This document shows, in pieces, positions 64,000-64,000 of a stretch of DNA of 64,000 nucleotides. Each line of letters opens with the position of its first letter. Positions within the stretch are counted from its first letter, which is position 1. Both the position numbers and the translations under genes were made by a program. A model generated the notes under the pieces. That model saw only the letters and a list, made by a program, of their open reading frames with translations, did not search any database and was not told the origin of the DNA. Source of the stretch: Dimorphilus gyrociliatus (Eukaryota > Animalia > Annelida); NCBI GenBank assembly GCA_904063045.1, contig CAJFCJ010000007.1, forward strand, positions 1,050,819 through 1,114,818, in the 5' to 3' direction.

Positions 64000-64000
64000 C

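Noticed and set aside
1-64000. Prokaryotic-type systems (CRISPR, operons, IS elements) and transposons
   Set aside because: The sequence is spliced eukaryotic DNA; no repeat-spacer array, transposase or RT ORF, or terminal repeats were seen.

Overview
Eukaryotic (animal) DNA, AT-rich (about 30% GC by eye), gene-dense, with many GT-AG introns of about 50-90 nt. No transposon, rRNA, complete tRNA or CRISPR array was seen. The gene set and tiny introns suggest a compact invertebrate genome, possibly an annelid or other lophotrochozoan (inference only). I reconstructed 15 protein genes by hand: TRIQK(-), ASNS(+), an orphan coiled-coil gene(-), ACSF3(+), LRRC74-like(+), CFAP161(+), three tandem Iroquois (Irx) TALE-homeobox genes(+), TLK(-), giantin/GOLGB1-like(-), catalase(+), TRIM-NHL(-), a secreted C-type lectin(-), and a C2H2 zinc-finger gene(-) cut by the window end. 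The Irx trio occupies about 27 kb of mostly non-coding DNA (12.7-39.7 kb). A CTCF-like motif (YAGRTGGCR) is strongly over-represented, points inward around the cluster, and forms a four-site array between the 2nd and 3rd Irx genes. No Sowah gene flanks the cluster in this window. Other candidates are an in-frame internal splice acceptor in a 6.2-kb giantin exon, a lectin with acidic and Lys/Asn charge blocks, and an isolated Pol III B-box hairpin. Exon boundaries were read manually and are unverified by RNA data.
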